This document shows positions 1 to 8,729 of a stretch of DNA of 64,000 nt, piece by piece. Both the position numbers and the translations under genes were made by a program. Below the pieces are notes generated by a model. That model was not told the DNA's origin. It saw nothing but the letters and a program-made list of their open reading frames with translations, and searched no databases. Numbering within the stretch: the stretch's first letter is position 1; every line of letters starts with the position of its first letter. Source of the DNA: Kiritimatiellia bacterium (GTDB taxonomy: Bacteria; Verrucomicrobiota; Kiritimatiellia; JAKQHR01); contig JBFXGK010000019.1 in NCBI GenBank assembly GCA_050178035.1, forward strand, positions 54 through 64,053. The letters are read 5' to 3'.

Positions 1-1
1 C

Positions 2-1195
2 CACCTCTACCAAACCCTCACCCGCAATCTGCCCAAGGTCCAGAATGCCAAGCTGTTCGACTGGCTGATCGGTCTTTACGAGGTCTGGCGCGAACTGACC
101 CCGGAAGCTGTCGAAGTCAGCACGCAGGTCGGACTGGGCGAACTGCTTCTGTCCGGATGCACGACCACAACTGATCATTTCTACGTTTTCCCCCAGAACG
201 CGCCCGAGGAATTTCTGGATGTTGAAATTGACGCCGCCCGCAAGATGGGCGTGCGCTTCCACCCGACCCGCGGAAGCATGAGCCGCGGCCGGACCGCCGG
301 CGGGCTTCCGCCCGACGACGTGGTGCAAAGCCCCGAAGCCATTTTGAAGGACTGCGACCGGCTGATCAATAAATACCATGATCCAAAACCGTTCGCGATG
401 TGCCGGATCGTGCTGGCCCCCTGCTCGCCTTTCTCCGTGACCACCGACCTGATGAAAGAAACCGCCGTCTATGCCCGCACCAAGGGCGTTTTCCTGCATA
501 CGCACCTCTGCGAAACGCGGGATGAAGAGGATTTCTGCGTCCAGACGCTTGGCAAGCGTCCGCTGGCCTATATGGAACACTGCGGCTGGGTGGGCAAGGA
601 TGTCTGGTACGCCCACGGCATCTATTTCAACGACGACGAGATCAGGCAGCTAGCCGCCACCGGAACCGGCGTGGCCCACTGCCCCGGATCCAACCTGCGC
701 CTCGGATCGGGCATCTGCAAGGTGCCGCAGCTGTTGCGCGAGGGTGTGCGTGTCGGCCTTGCCGTGGACGGCAGCGCCAGCAACGATTCGTCGAGCATGA
801 GCCGCGAAATGCAGCTCGCGCTGAACGTGCACCGCATCGGCACCGGCGTGGACCAGATGCCGCCGCAGGATGTGCTGAAGATCGCCACCGTCGGCGGAGC
901 CAGCATCCTCGGCCAGCCCGAAATCGGGCAGCTCAAGCCCGGCATGGCCGCGGACATCGCGATGTACCGGCTGGACCGGATTGAATATGCCGGCGCGATG
1001 CACGACCCGGCCTCGGCCATCCTGTTCTGCGGCGCAGGCGCGCGCGCGGACTACACCATCGTGAACGGCAAGGTGCTGGTGGCGAAAGGCAAACTGGTCG
1101 GCATGGACGAGGAAGCGCTTTTCGCCCGCGCAAACGAAGTGGCCGCAAAGATGGTCGAGAACGCCGAACGCAAAACAGGCGTATCGTACCGCTGA
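2..1195 (+). CDS. Amidohydrolase-superfamily deaminase/chlorohydrolase (SsnA / 8-oxoguanine-deaminase-like); 5' end outside window
   Basis: Open frame from nt 2 (no start in window). Metal-dependent amidohydrolase motifs: HxH-region remnants, HLCET, AHGIYF, VAHCPGSNLRLG, LAVDGSASND. Lies immediately upstream of Mo-hydroxylase subunits, as ssnA does next to ygfM/xdhD in E. coli. Confidence 0.8.
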   Translation, partial: HLYQTLTRNLPKVQNAKLFDWLIGLYEVWRELTPEAVEVSTQVGLGELLLSGCTTTTDHFYVFPQNAPEEFLDVEIDAARKMGVRFHPTRGSMSRGRTAGGLPPDDVVQSPEAILKDCDRLINKYHDPKPFAMCRIVLAPCSPFSVTTDLMKETAVYARTKGVFLHTHLCETRDEEDFCVQTLGKRPLAYMEHCGWVGKDVWYAHGIYFNDDEIRQLAATGTGVAHCPGSNLRLGSGICKVPQLLREGVRVGLAVDGSASNDSSSMSREMQLALNVHRIGTGVDQMPPQDVLKIATVGGASILGQPEIGQLKPGMAADIAMYRLDRIEYAGAMHDPASAILFCGAGARADYTIVNGKVLVAKGKLVGMDEEALFARANEVAAKMVENAERKTGVSYR

Positions 1196-1231
1196 TTTAT
1201 AAACGAACATTAAGTAAAAGAAGGAGAACAG

Positions 1232-2080
1232 ATGAAATTCTGTGATTTTATCATACCGCACACGGTCGAAGAGGCCTGCGGAGTGCTCAGGCAGCTGGGG
1301 GAGGCGGCACAGCCCATCGCGGGCGGAACCGCTTTCCATTTCTACACCGATGACCGCATCGAAACTGCTGTGGATATCTCCCAGCTCGGGCTGAACACCA
1401 TCACTCCGGTTGACGGCGGATTCCGCATCGGCGCAATGACCACCCTTGCCCAGATATCGGATTTCAAGGCCGACGGCTGGATGCTCGGCGAGGTCGCGCG
1501 GCACATTTCGACCCAGCAGATCCGGAATATCTCGACCATCGGCGGCAACATCTCGCGCGTGTTCCCGTGGTCGGACTTTGCGATCGCCCTGCAGGCGCTC
1601 GGCGCCACGATGCACGTTCAAGGCGACGCCGCACAGGACATCTCCTCAGACGACTTCTTCAAGTCCCAGCCGGCGCGCCTGTTCAAGGATGGAAGCCTGC
1701 TGACGGGAGTGACCGTTCCCGCCGTCAAAAAGCCGGCGGGCTTCGGATGGCGCAAAGAGCAGCGTTCCATGAAGGGCTTCGGGCTGATGTCCTCCGGTGT
1801 GATGCTGACCCTGGGCGGCAATGCGATCGCCGACATCCGCGTCGCGATCGGCGCCGGGATCCCCTTCCCCCGCCGCCTGCCGAAAGTCGAGGCCGCGCTG
1901 AAAGGAAAGTCTGCCGACGAGAAAACGCTCGGCGACATCATCCTGTCCCGCCCGGAGGAAGTCAACTGGGTCAGCAAGGAAGGCCTCAGCGAGGAATACA
2001 TCGGGCACCTGGCCGATGTCGTGATTTTCGATGCCCTGATGCAGGCCGTGCGCCGCGCGAAAGGAGAGCAAAATGCGTGA
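1232..2080 (+). CDS. Molybdenum hydroxylase FAD-binding subunit (xanthine dehydrogenase / CoxM family)
   Basis: RBS AAGGAG at 1221-1226. GGTAFHFY FAD-binding PCMH motif. 8-nt overlap with the next gene. Confidence 0.8.
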   Translation: MKFCDFIIPHTVEEACGVLRQLGEAAQPIAGGTAFHFYTDDRIETAVDISQLGLNTITPVDGGFRIGAMTTLAQISDFKADGWMLGEVARHISTQQIRNISTIGGNISRVFPWSDFAIALQALGATMHVQGDAAQDISSDDFFKSQPARLFKDGSLLTGVTVPAVKKPAGFGWRKEQRSMKGFGLMSSGVMLTLGGNAIADIRVAIGAGIPFPRRLPKVEAALKGKSADEKTLGDIILSRPEEVNWVSKEGLSEEYIGHLADVVIFDALMQAVRRAKGEQNA

Positions 2081-2546
2081 ACCAAAGCATACAATAAGCC
2101 TCACGATTAACGGCGAGAAGAAGAAGTTCAAGGTCAACGCGGAGGAAAAGCTCCTCGATGTGCTCCGCCGCGAGGGCTACAAGAGCGTGAAATTCGGCTG
2201 TGGCGAGGCCACCTGCGGATCCTGCACGGTCCTCATGGACGGCAAGGCGGTCTATTCCTGCATCCTGTTCGCCTTCCAGGCCGACGGGCACGACATCTGG
2301 ACGGTCGAAGGTCTTGGAACCTTCGACAAGCCCCACCCCATCCAGCGCGCGCTGGTGGATGAAGGCGCCGTGCAGTGCGGATTCTGCATCCCCGGCATGA
2401 TCCTGGCCGCCAAGGCCATGCTTGACGCCAATCCGAAACCGGATGAAGAGGAGTTCCGCGAAAAAATGGACGGCAACCTTTGCCGCTGCACCGGTTACGA
2501 AAAAATCTGGGTCGCCATCCACAAGGTCATTGGAGGTGCGAAATGA
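2073..2546 (+). CDS. Molybdenum hydroxylase [2Fe-2S] ferredoxin subunit (CoxS/XdhC-type)
   Basis: RBS AAGGAGAG. Cys clusters CGEATCGSC and CGFCIPG...CRCTGY, typical of the two [2Fe-2S] domains. Confidence 0.85.
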   Translation: MREPKHTISLTINGEKKKFKVNAEEKLLDVLRREGYKSVKFGCGEATCGSCTVLMDGKAVYSCILFAFQADGHDIWTVEGLGTFDKPHPIQRALVDEGAVQCGFCIPGMILAAKAMLDANPKPDEEEFREKMDGNLCRCTGYEKIWVAIHKVIGGAK

Positions 2547-4876
2547 ACGTCAAGGATTTGAAAGTTGTAAATCACTCCGTCGAAAAAGTGGACGCCATGG
2601 CGCTCGCGCTCGGCAAATCCCTCTATGTGGCTGACCTGAAGCCCGAGGACTGCCTGCACGTCAAGATGCTCTGGAGCCCGCACGCGCACGCGCGCATCAA
2701 GTCCATTGATGTCTCCAAGGCCGAGAAAATGAAGGGCGTCCACGCGGTGCTCTGGCACGGCAATGTGCCGCGCGTCGCACACTGCACCGCCGGCCAGGGC
2801 TATCCCGAGCCGTCGCCCTACGACACCTTCATGTTCGACACCAAGGTCCGCTATGTCGGCGACCGCGTCGCCGCCGTTTGCGCGGAAACCAGGGAAATCG
2901 CCCAGGCCGCCGTCGAGGCCATCAAGGTCGAATACGAAGTGCTTCAGCCCGTGCTCTCGATCTGGGACGCCCTCAAGCCGGGCGCGCCCATTATCCACGA
3001 CGAGCCCGACTGCTCGATTCCGATTCCCGTGCCCTATGAACCTCAAAACAATGTCGTTGCCCGCCTCGAAATGAAGGTCGGCGATGTTGAAAAGGCGTTC
3101 AAGGACTCGGATTTTGTTTTTGATGAGGAATACGAGACGCAGTACGCGCAGCACTGCCCGATGGAGACTTATGTCTGCTCGGCGCAGATTGACGCGCGCA
3201 ACCGCATCGTCATCACAACCAGCACGCAGGTGCCCTTCCACTGCCGGCGCATCGTCGCGCAGACGCTGCAGATTCCGGAAAAGCAGATCCGCGTGATCAA
3301 ACCCCGCATCGGCGGCGGCTTCGGCAGCAAGCAGGAAATCCTGCTGGAGGATGTCGTGGCCATGTTTGCGCTGCGGACCCAGAAGCCCGTGTTCTGGGAA
3401 TTCACGCGCCAGGAGAACTTCCTGACCGGACGCACACGCCATCCGATCCATTTCAAGATGAAGGGCGGCGTGAAGAAAGACGGGACCATCACCGGCTACA
3501 GCATGATCGCCACCTCCAACACCGGAGCCTACGGCGGCCACGGCCTGACCGTGATCGGCTGCTGCGGAAGCAAGGTGCTTCCGCTGTACCACATTGACAA
3601 CCTCTACTTCAAGGGGACCGTGTGCTACACCAACCTGCCGGTCGGCGGCGCCTACCGCGGATTCGGCGCCACTCAGGCGTTCTTCGGATTCGAGTCGCAG
3701 ATCGACATGATGGCCGAGGCCATCGGCATGGACCCGCTCGAGTTCCGCAAGAAGAACCACATCCTGCTTGGCGAAACCTCTCCGGTTTTCTCCGCGCTGG
3801 GCGAAGGCAAGGAAGGCGTGCCGATGGACATCAGCTCCTGCGCGCTGGATGAATGCATCCGCCAGGGCGCCGAGGAAATCGGCTGGAAGAACCGCACGCC
3901 TCACACCGGGAAATCGGGGCGCTACCGCCGCGGCATGGGCATGGCCTGCCTGATGCAGGGATCCAGCGTGCCGGAAATTGACATGGGCGCGGCCTCCATC
4001 AAGATGAACGACGACGGCTCCTTCAACCTGCTGATCGGCGCAACCGACCTCGGCACCGGAAGCGACACTGTCCTCGGGCAGATTGCCGCCGAAGCCATCG
4101 GGACGACGATTGACAAAATGATTGTCTACTCGTCCGACACCGACATGACGCCGTTCGATGTCGGCGCGTACGCCTCCAGCACGACCTATCTGAGCGGAGA
4201 GGCCGCCCGCAAGGCCGGTGCCAAGGTCAACAAGCAGATCCTTGAAGTCGCCGGGAAGATGCTGGACAAGAAGCCGGAAGATCTCGTGGCGGAAAACTCC
4301 GTTGTGACGGCAAAGGACGGCAGCGCAAAAGTGACGTTCGGAGAGATTGCGAAGTACTCGCTCTATATGAAGAACCAGTTCCAGATCATGGACTCGGCCT
4401 CGCACATCACGCACAAGTCCCCGCCCCCGTTTGCGGCCCACTTCGTCGAGATTGAAGTGGACACCTGGACCGGAAAAATCCGCGTGCTGAAGTACGTGGC
4501 CACTGTGGACTGCGGCACCGCCATCAACCCGAAGCTGGCCGAGGGCCAGACCGAGGGCGGACTGCTGAACGGAATCACCTACGCGCTGACGGAGGAGTAT
4601 CTGTTCAACGACAAGGGCCGCATGACCAACTCCACCCTGCAGCGCTATCATCTCTACTCGATGAGAGACCTGCCCAAGGTGAAGGCGATCCTGGTTCCGA
4701 GCTGGGAAACCACCGGCCCTTACGGCGCAAAGAGCGTTTCGGAAATCTGCATCAACGGCGCAGGCCCCGGAATCAACAACGCGCTCTACAACGCCTGCGG
4801 CATCCGGCTTCATTCCATGCCGTTCACGCCGGAAAAGGTGTGGAAGGCTCTTCAGGAAAAAGAGAAAAAGGCGTAA
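2543..4876 (+). CDS. Molybdopterin-binding large subunit of xanthine-dehydrogenase-family hydroxylase
   Basis: ATGA overlap with the upstream stop and RBS GGAGGTG. Start chosen at 2543 (MNVKDLK) rather than the ORF-track start at 2480, which overlaps the previous gene. Aldehyde-oxidase/XDH a/b-hammerhead and MoCo-binding signatures (GGGFGSK, AYRGFG). Confidence 0.85.
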   Translation: MNVKDLKVVNHSVEKVDAMALALGKSLYVADLKPEDCLHVKMLWSPHAHARIKSIDVSKAEKMKGVHAVLWHGNVPRVAHCTAGQGYPEPSPYDTFMFDTKVRYVGDRVAAVCAETREIAQAAVEAIKVEYEVLQPVLSIWDALKPGAPIIHDEPDCSIPIPVPYEPQNNVVARLEMKVGDVEKAFKDSDFVFDEEYETQYAQHCPMETYVCSAQIDARNRIVITTSTQVPFHCRRIVAQTLQIPEKQIRVIKPRIGGGFGSKQEILLEDVVAMFALRTQKPVFWEFTRQENFLTGRTRHPIHFKMKGGVKKDGTITGYSMIATSNTGAYGGHGLTVIGCCGSKVLPLYHIDNLYFKGTVCYTNLPVGGAYRGFGATQAFFGFESQIDMMAEAIGMDPLEFRKKNHILLGETSPVFSALGEGKEGVPMDISSCALDECIRQGAEEIGWKNRTPHTGKSGRYRRGMGMACLMQGSSVPEIDMGAASIKMNDDGSFNLLIGATDLGTGSDTVLGQIAAEAIGTTIDKMIVYSSDTDMTPFDVGAYASSTTYLSGEAARKAGAKVNKQILEVAGKMLDKKPEDLVAENSVVTAKDGSAKVTFGEIAKYSLYMKNQFQIMDSASHITHKSPPPFAAHFVEIEVDTWTGKIRVLKYVATVDCGTAINPKLAEGQTEGGLLNGITYALTEEYLFNDKGRMTNSTLQRYHLYSMRDLPKVKAILVPSWETTGPYGAKSVSEICINGAGPGINNALYNACGIRLHSMPFTPEKVWKALQEKEKKA

Positions 4877-4890
4877 TCATCACGAAAAAA

Positions 4891-4921
4891 CCGCCGCGCC
4901 CAAAAAGCGCGGCGGTTTTTT
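4891..4921 (+). terminator. Rho-independent terminator of the hydroxylase operon
   Basis: CCGCCGCGC-ccaaaaa-GCGCGGCGG stem-loop followed by TTTTTT. Confidence 0.7.
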
Positions 4922-5059
4922 ATGCCCTGGTCGGACGAACGCCGCGGGGTCCGGCTGGGCCCCCGGCGGGTTTATCCCGCCGGAGCGGAAGGTCATGCCA
5001 AGGCGAGAGGCCGCAGCTTCCCGCCCTACACTGAACCATATATTATCAAGTGATGTCTG

Positions 5060-5265
5060 CGTTCCGTTTTTCGCGAATAATTAAGAAAATGGTCGTTTTT
5101 AAGCGTTTTTGGCCTATTTTCGACGCTTTTTGGGCATTTTTGAGCATATTTTGCCGATTTTTAATGTTTTTTGAGCCTTTTCGGGATTTTTGAAGCGATT
5201 TTTGCGTGCTGTTTTGAATTTGTTTTATGAAGGCCGCTTTTCGTATGATCTGCGCAAATCAGGAG
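5060..5265. repeat. Phased T-tract tandem-repeat array (about 14 units of ~10-11 bp, consensus GGCnnTTTTTg); predicted intrinsically curved DNA; copy A of four
   Basis: Sequence runs ...gtcgtttttaagcgtttttggcctattttcgacgctttttgggcatttttgagcatattttgccgatttttaatgttttttgagccttttcgggatttttgaagcgatttttgcg... T4-6 runs recur every 10-11 nt. Shares words (tttttgagcat(a)ttttg, GGCC(a/g)TTTTTGG) with copies at 25.3, 41.6 and 45.6 kb. Confidence 0.6.
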
Positions 5266-5272
5266 TTCGCGA

Positions 5273-5791
5273 ATGAAAATGAAAGCGCTGGCGGAGGCGG
5301 TGGACCGGTCGGTTCCGTTTGTAATGAACGTGCAGAAGAAGTTCGGTCTGCAAACGCTGCTGCATTATTCCGACGGCTATGCGGCGCTGATGAAGAAGCT
5401 GGTCTGGCTCTCCCTCTCTCCCGTTCCCCAGAAAGATATCGAACTGCTGCTGAACCGCGAACGGAAGCTTCTCGAGGTGCTGAAGGTGGATTCGGTGTCG
5501 CACGAAAGCGACTGGTTCGAGCGCATGTGCGTCATGAAATCGGGCCCGTCCCGCCTGCTGCTGAGCGGCTATGACCTGAAGTGCCGCATTGACGGGGATG
5601 CCGTGCAGCCGGGGCTTGATTTTGCCGAGCGCGCCCGCGAACTTTTCGAGGATCAGGAAATGGGCGCAGACGCCCTGACGGCATTGAAAAACTACGCCGC
5701 GATTTTCAAAAGAGTCCGGGACCAGCTGGCGCAGGACATTCCCGCCATGGCCGCATCGCTGCGTTGGGCAAAGAGAATTGCGACCCCATGA
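5273..5791 (+). CDS. Hypothetical protein with possible N-terminal HTH
   Basis: Coding-like GC3 bias. N-terminal LAEAVDRSVPFVMNVQKKFGL resembles a helix-turn-helix. No family recognised. Confidence 0.45.
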   Translation: MKMKALAEAVDRSVPFVMNVQKKFGLQTLLHYSDGYAALMKKLVWLSLSPVPQKDIELLLNRERKLLEVLKVDSVSHESDWFERMCVMKSGPSRLLLSGYDLKCRIDGDAVQPGLDFAERARELFEDQEMGADALTALKNYAAIFKRVRDQLAQDIPAMAASLRWAKRIATP

Positions 5792-5809
5792 TGTTTTCCC
5801 GGGCGGGGT

Positions 5810-6130
5810 TCAGCGCGCGGGCGCGGGCGTTTCGACGTTCAGGCGGTAGCGGCGCTGCACACCTGCCGCCACCCGGTCGGAAATCCTGATGTCCCCTCCG
5901 GTTCCCTGCAGCCTTTCGGCTCCGGCCAGCGGCATCCATAGCCGGCCGGCCGAGGCCGAGTCGTTATAGAACACCGTGTAATATACGCCCGGATCAGACG
6001 CCCACTGCAGGACAACGTTCTCTCCGCTGCGGGTGACGATGAGCGTGGCCTCCGCAAGGGGCTCGGTGGGCACAATCGTGCTAACGCATCCGGCGAGGGC
6101 AAGCAAAAGGATTGCGGATAGTTTTTTCAA
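5810..6130 (-). CDS. Putative lipoprotein (hypothetical)
   Basis: Signal peptide with lipobox MKKLSAILLLALAGC. 4-nt overlap with the upstream gene. Confidence 0.5.
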   Translation of the reverse strand: MKKLSAILLLALAGCVSTIVPTEPLAEATLIVTRSGENVVLQWASDPGVYYTVFYNDSASAGRLWMPLAGAERLQGTGGDIRISDRVAAGVQRRYRLNVETPAPAR

Positions 6131-6660
6131 TCGTACCAGCTGCGGCTCCGGCGACCGGCATTGAGATCTTTGAGCTCAAGATTGTAGCGGCGCGCGAACC
6201 AGCGCCAGTCATCCCGGCTGAACATGAAAACCTTCGACAGCGAGTTGAGGATCATTGCAGGATTCAGGCTGGGAATGTTCATGACGGAGGGGCACCAGGC
6301 CGTGGCCGTGACCAGAGAAGCCGGGAGGATGGTCTCGTCGCCGACCAGAATGGCGCGCGTCGGGACAACCTTCATGAAGTTTCCCTGCCGATAACGTTCA
6401 GCGGAGACATAGACCCATTCGGATCCGCTCCACGCGTAGAGCAGCGGTTCCGCGGAATCCCTGCTTTTCTGGTATGAAACCAGAACGGCGGGAAACCGGT
6501 CCGCGACGTCGAAGGCCAGTTCCAGCTGGGCCGGATTGGCCGGGATCACCAGCATGGTCAGCTGCCGGGGCTGCCGGCTTGCGGCGGCGAGAACATCTGC
6601 GCCCGCAAAAGCCAGAAGGGCCGCGCACACACTCAAAACCGTTAACTTCCTCGTAGACAT
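6127..6660 (-). CDS. Secreted hypothetical protein
   Basis: N-terminal signal peptide (LTVLSVCAALLAFAGADVLAA). Co-directional and overlapping the downstream lipoprotein gene. Confidence 0.5.
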   Translation of the reverse strand: MSTRKLTVLSVCAALLAFAGADVLAAASRQPRQLTMLVIPANPAQLELAFDVADRFPAVLVSYQKSRDSAEPLLYAWSGSEWVYVSAERYRQGNFMKVVPTRAILVGDETILPASLVTATAWCPSVMNIPSLNPAMILNSLSKVFMFSRDDWRWFARRYNLELKDLNAGRRSRSWYD

Positions 6661-6766
6661 AACACGCCTTTCTTCAAAACACAGAACAAACCTTTATCAT
6701 TCCGGCCCTGAAAACACAAGTCAGGAGATTTTGAATCGCGAACCGCCGCAAACATCCAATTGTGGT

Positions 6767-6800
6767 TTGACAAAACAGGCCGGCCGCAGTTAGTATGCGA
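6767..6800 (+). promoter_or_regulatory. Candidate sigma70 promoter for the 6846 gene
   Basis: TTGACA (6767-6772), 17-nt spacer, TTAGTAT, about 45 nt upstream of the ATG. Confidence 0.35.
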
Positions 6801-6845
6801 CCCGAACATACTTGCAGTGTGAGATATTTTGCAGAGGATGAACAT

Positions 6846-7673
6846 ATGAGCAAACTGGCAACGCCGTTTATAATTATTGTGCTTGTACTCAGTATTGTGG
6901 CGCTGGTGCTGGGAATCCAGCTCTTCAATCAGCGCGAGATCCTCAAGGGCCGCACCCAGCGGCTTGAAACCGCCGCAGGCGAGTTCGCCAAGAGCATTCA
7001 TTACGACGATTTCAATGTCGCCCTGCTCAAAGATTATGAGCAGATGATGACGCCCCTCAACCAGCTTTCCGCCCAGGGCGCCAACCGCTGGGATGAACTG
7101 CAGGACACCAAGCTGGATCTGGAAAACACCAAAGCCGAACTGACTTCAACCCAGGAAAAACTGGCCGCCACGGAAGAGAAGCTCGTCGCGACCGAGGCGC
7201 AGGTTGTGGATCTGACCGGACAACTCGAAAGCAAGGAAGTCGAGCTGGCCCAGGCCAACACCCAGATCGAGCAGCTGGAAGTTGAAAAGGAAGACCTCAA
7301 CACGCAGCTGGCGGACACACAGACTCAGCTTGAAAACGCAAAAAGCGAAGCAACCGATTTGAAGGACGAGATCGCCTCGCTGAACCAGACCATCGAGGAC
7401 ATGTCCCGTGAACTCGGCGAACTTCCGGACAAGCCCGCGCCGCGCGGCCTGACTGGAAAAATCCTCTTCCTCAACCCCTACTGGAACTTTGTTGTGCTGG
7501 ACATCGGGCGTGACGACGGTCTGAACCCCAATGTGGAAATGCTGGTCCACCGCAAAGATAAACTGATTGGAAAAGTGCGCATCAGCGCCGCCGACGACAA
7601 GATGGCCATTGCCGAAATCCTCACGGACTGGGAAGTGACGCCGGTGAAGGAGGGCGACTATGTTCTCTACTAA
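6846..7673 (+). CDS. Membrane-anchored coiled-coil protein with conserved C-terminal globular domain (hypothetical)
   Basis: Start chosen at MSKLATPFIIIVLVL (TM helix). The ORF-track start at 6795 is less likely. Long heptad-rich Q/E/L region (ATEEKLVATEAQVVDL...) precedes a C-terminal domain. Confidence 0.55.
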   Translation: MSKLATPFIIIVLVLSIVALVLGIQLFNQREILKGRTQRLETAAGEFAKSIHYDDFNVALLKDYEQMMTPLNQLSAQGANRWDELQDTKLDLENTKAELTSTQEKLAATEEKLVATEAQVVDLTGQLESKEVELAQANTQIEQLEVEKEDLNTQLADTQTQLENAKSEATDLKDEIASLNQTIEDMSRELGELPDKPAPRGLTGKILFLNPYWNFVVLDIGRDDGLNPNVEMLVHRKDKLIGKVRISAADDKMAIAEILTDWEVTPVKEGDYVLY

Positions 7674-7794
7674 GATTCTTAGTGTGCTGGCCGCCGTGGT
7701 GATCGTCCTGTTTCTGGCCCTGATCACCCTGCAGGCCGTGGAACTGAGCCACTACAAGAGCGCCCCGTCCGTCTGGCCAGCTGCTGCACAGTGA
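7660..7794 (+). CDS. Candidate small membrane protein (44 aa), absent from ORF track
   Basis: atg overlapping the previous gene's end. MFSTKILSVLAAVVIVLFLALITLQAV forms a single TM helix. Confidence 0.3.
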   Translation: MFSTKILSVLAAVVIVLFLALITLQAVELSHYKSAPSVWPAAAQ

Positions 7795-7811
7795 GGAAAC
7801 CGTTTGTGAAA

Positions 7812-7955
7812 ATGCCCGCAGTCATTCTTGCAATCCTGGCGCTGTGCGCACTTCTTGCAGGCTGCGCGAGCCCGGACAGCGAAGCCGAACTGCCGTGGAA
7901 CACACCCCAGTCGTGGGAAGCTTCGCCCATGATACCGGGCATGGATCGATACTAA
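7812..7955 (+). CDS. Candidate small lipoprotein (47 aa), absent from ORF track
   Basis: MPAVILAILALCALLAGCASPDSE... is a signal peptide with an L-A-G-C lipobox. Confidence 0.35.
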   Translation: MPAVILAILALCALLAGCASPDSEAELPWNTPQSWEASPMIPGMDRY

Positions 7956-7970
7956 TCCCTGGCGAGACGT

Positions 7971-8729
7971 TCAGCCCGCAGGGTCGCCGATGGCCATCTG
8001 GGGATAGAGTTCGCCGATGAACTCCCGGATTTCCTCATGATGCCCGTCCGAATCTTCCTCCCGCAACCCCGACACGGCGATATAGGCCCATCGGTGGGCG
8101 ACATTATGGAAAATCCGGTCGGTGGACATCCAGATCATGCGCTGGACGTGATAGGGGGTCTCGCGCCCCTTCCCCACAAACCAGTATGCGTAATAGGTGA
8201 GCGCGGCAGGCGACCCCTCCGCGCGGCCCTGGGGTTCAAGATCCAGAACCATTACGTCGAGAGGCTTGCGGCCGGCGAGAGGAACTTCCAGCACATCCGT
8301 GTTCATGATCACCTGGCCCTGACCCGTCAGGCACATCTGCGGGCGGTGTATGCTGGAGCGATCCCCGCCGCTCAGCACGATAGACACGAACATTTGGCGG
8401 CCCGACGGCTGCGTGTAGCTTTTTTTGATCAGTATCGTGTCGGGGGGCAATACGGCCGCCTCATCATATGACATGCCGTGCAGGGGGCTCCCGCAGGAAG
8501 GGCACACATCGCGATCGGGAAGGCTGCTCGTCAGAAATGTTCCGCGGCACTCCTTGTTATGGCAGTAGCGCAGTTCATCCCCCCCCCACGCCCCGACGGC
8601 ATCCGGGAGTTCCACCTTAATGCCCGCCTCGTCCGTGATGTTCACATCCACGGTCAAAGCCAGCACCAGGCTGGTTAACGCCATCAGGATGATGACGATG
8701 ATGTACGGCCAGTAAGTCCGAGTTTCCAT
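7971..8729 (-). CDS. EpsI-family exosortase-associated protein (putative), with a C4 zinc-ribbon-like insertion
   Basis: N-terminal TM anchor. ELPDAVGAWGGDEL resembles the EpsI P..iG.W.G motif. Lies directly downstream of the exosortase. Extra CHNKEC...CPSCG cysteine quartet. Confidence 0.55.
   Translation of the reverse strand: METRTYWPYIIVIILMALTSLVLALTVDVNITDEAGIKVELPDAVGAWGGDELRYCHNKECRGTFLTSSLPDRDVCPSCGSPLHGMSYDEAAVLPPDTILIKKSYTQPSGRQMFVSIVLSGGDRSSIHRPQMCLTGQGQVIMNTDVLEVPLAGRKPLDVMVLDLEPQGRAEGSPAALTYYAYWFVGKGRETPYHVQRMIWMSTDRIFHNVAHRWAYIAVSGLREEDSDGHHEEIREFIGELYPQMAIGDPAG

Noticed and set aside
650-1621. 323-aa - strand ORF overlapping the amidohydrolase and FAD-subunit genes
   Set aside because: Antisense to two homology-supported genes. 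Low-complexity Arg/Ala/Gly-rich translation.
2495-4813. 772-aa ORF on the - strand antisense to the Mo-hydroxylase large subunit
   Set aside because: A shadow ORF of a strongly supported + strand gene. The R/A/G/V-rich composition is typical of high-GC non-coding frames. No recognisable motifs.
4925-5040. GC-rich segment with the CCGGCGGG-ttta-CCCGCCGG hairpin after the terminator, as a possible sRNA
   Set aside because: There is no promoter-like element or T-run after the hairpin. It is most likely a residual stem-loop in the 3' region and is not supportable as a gene.
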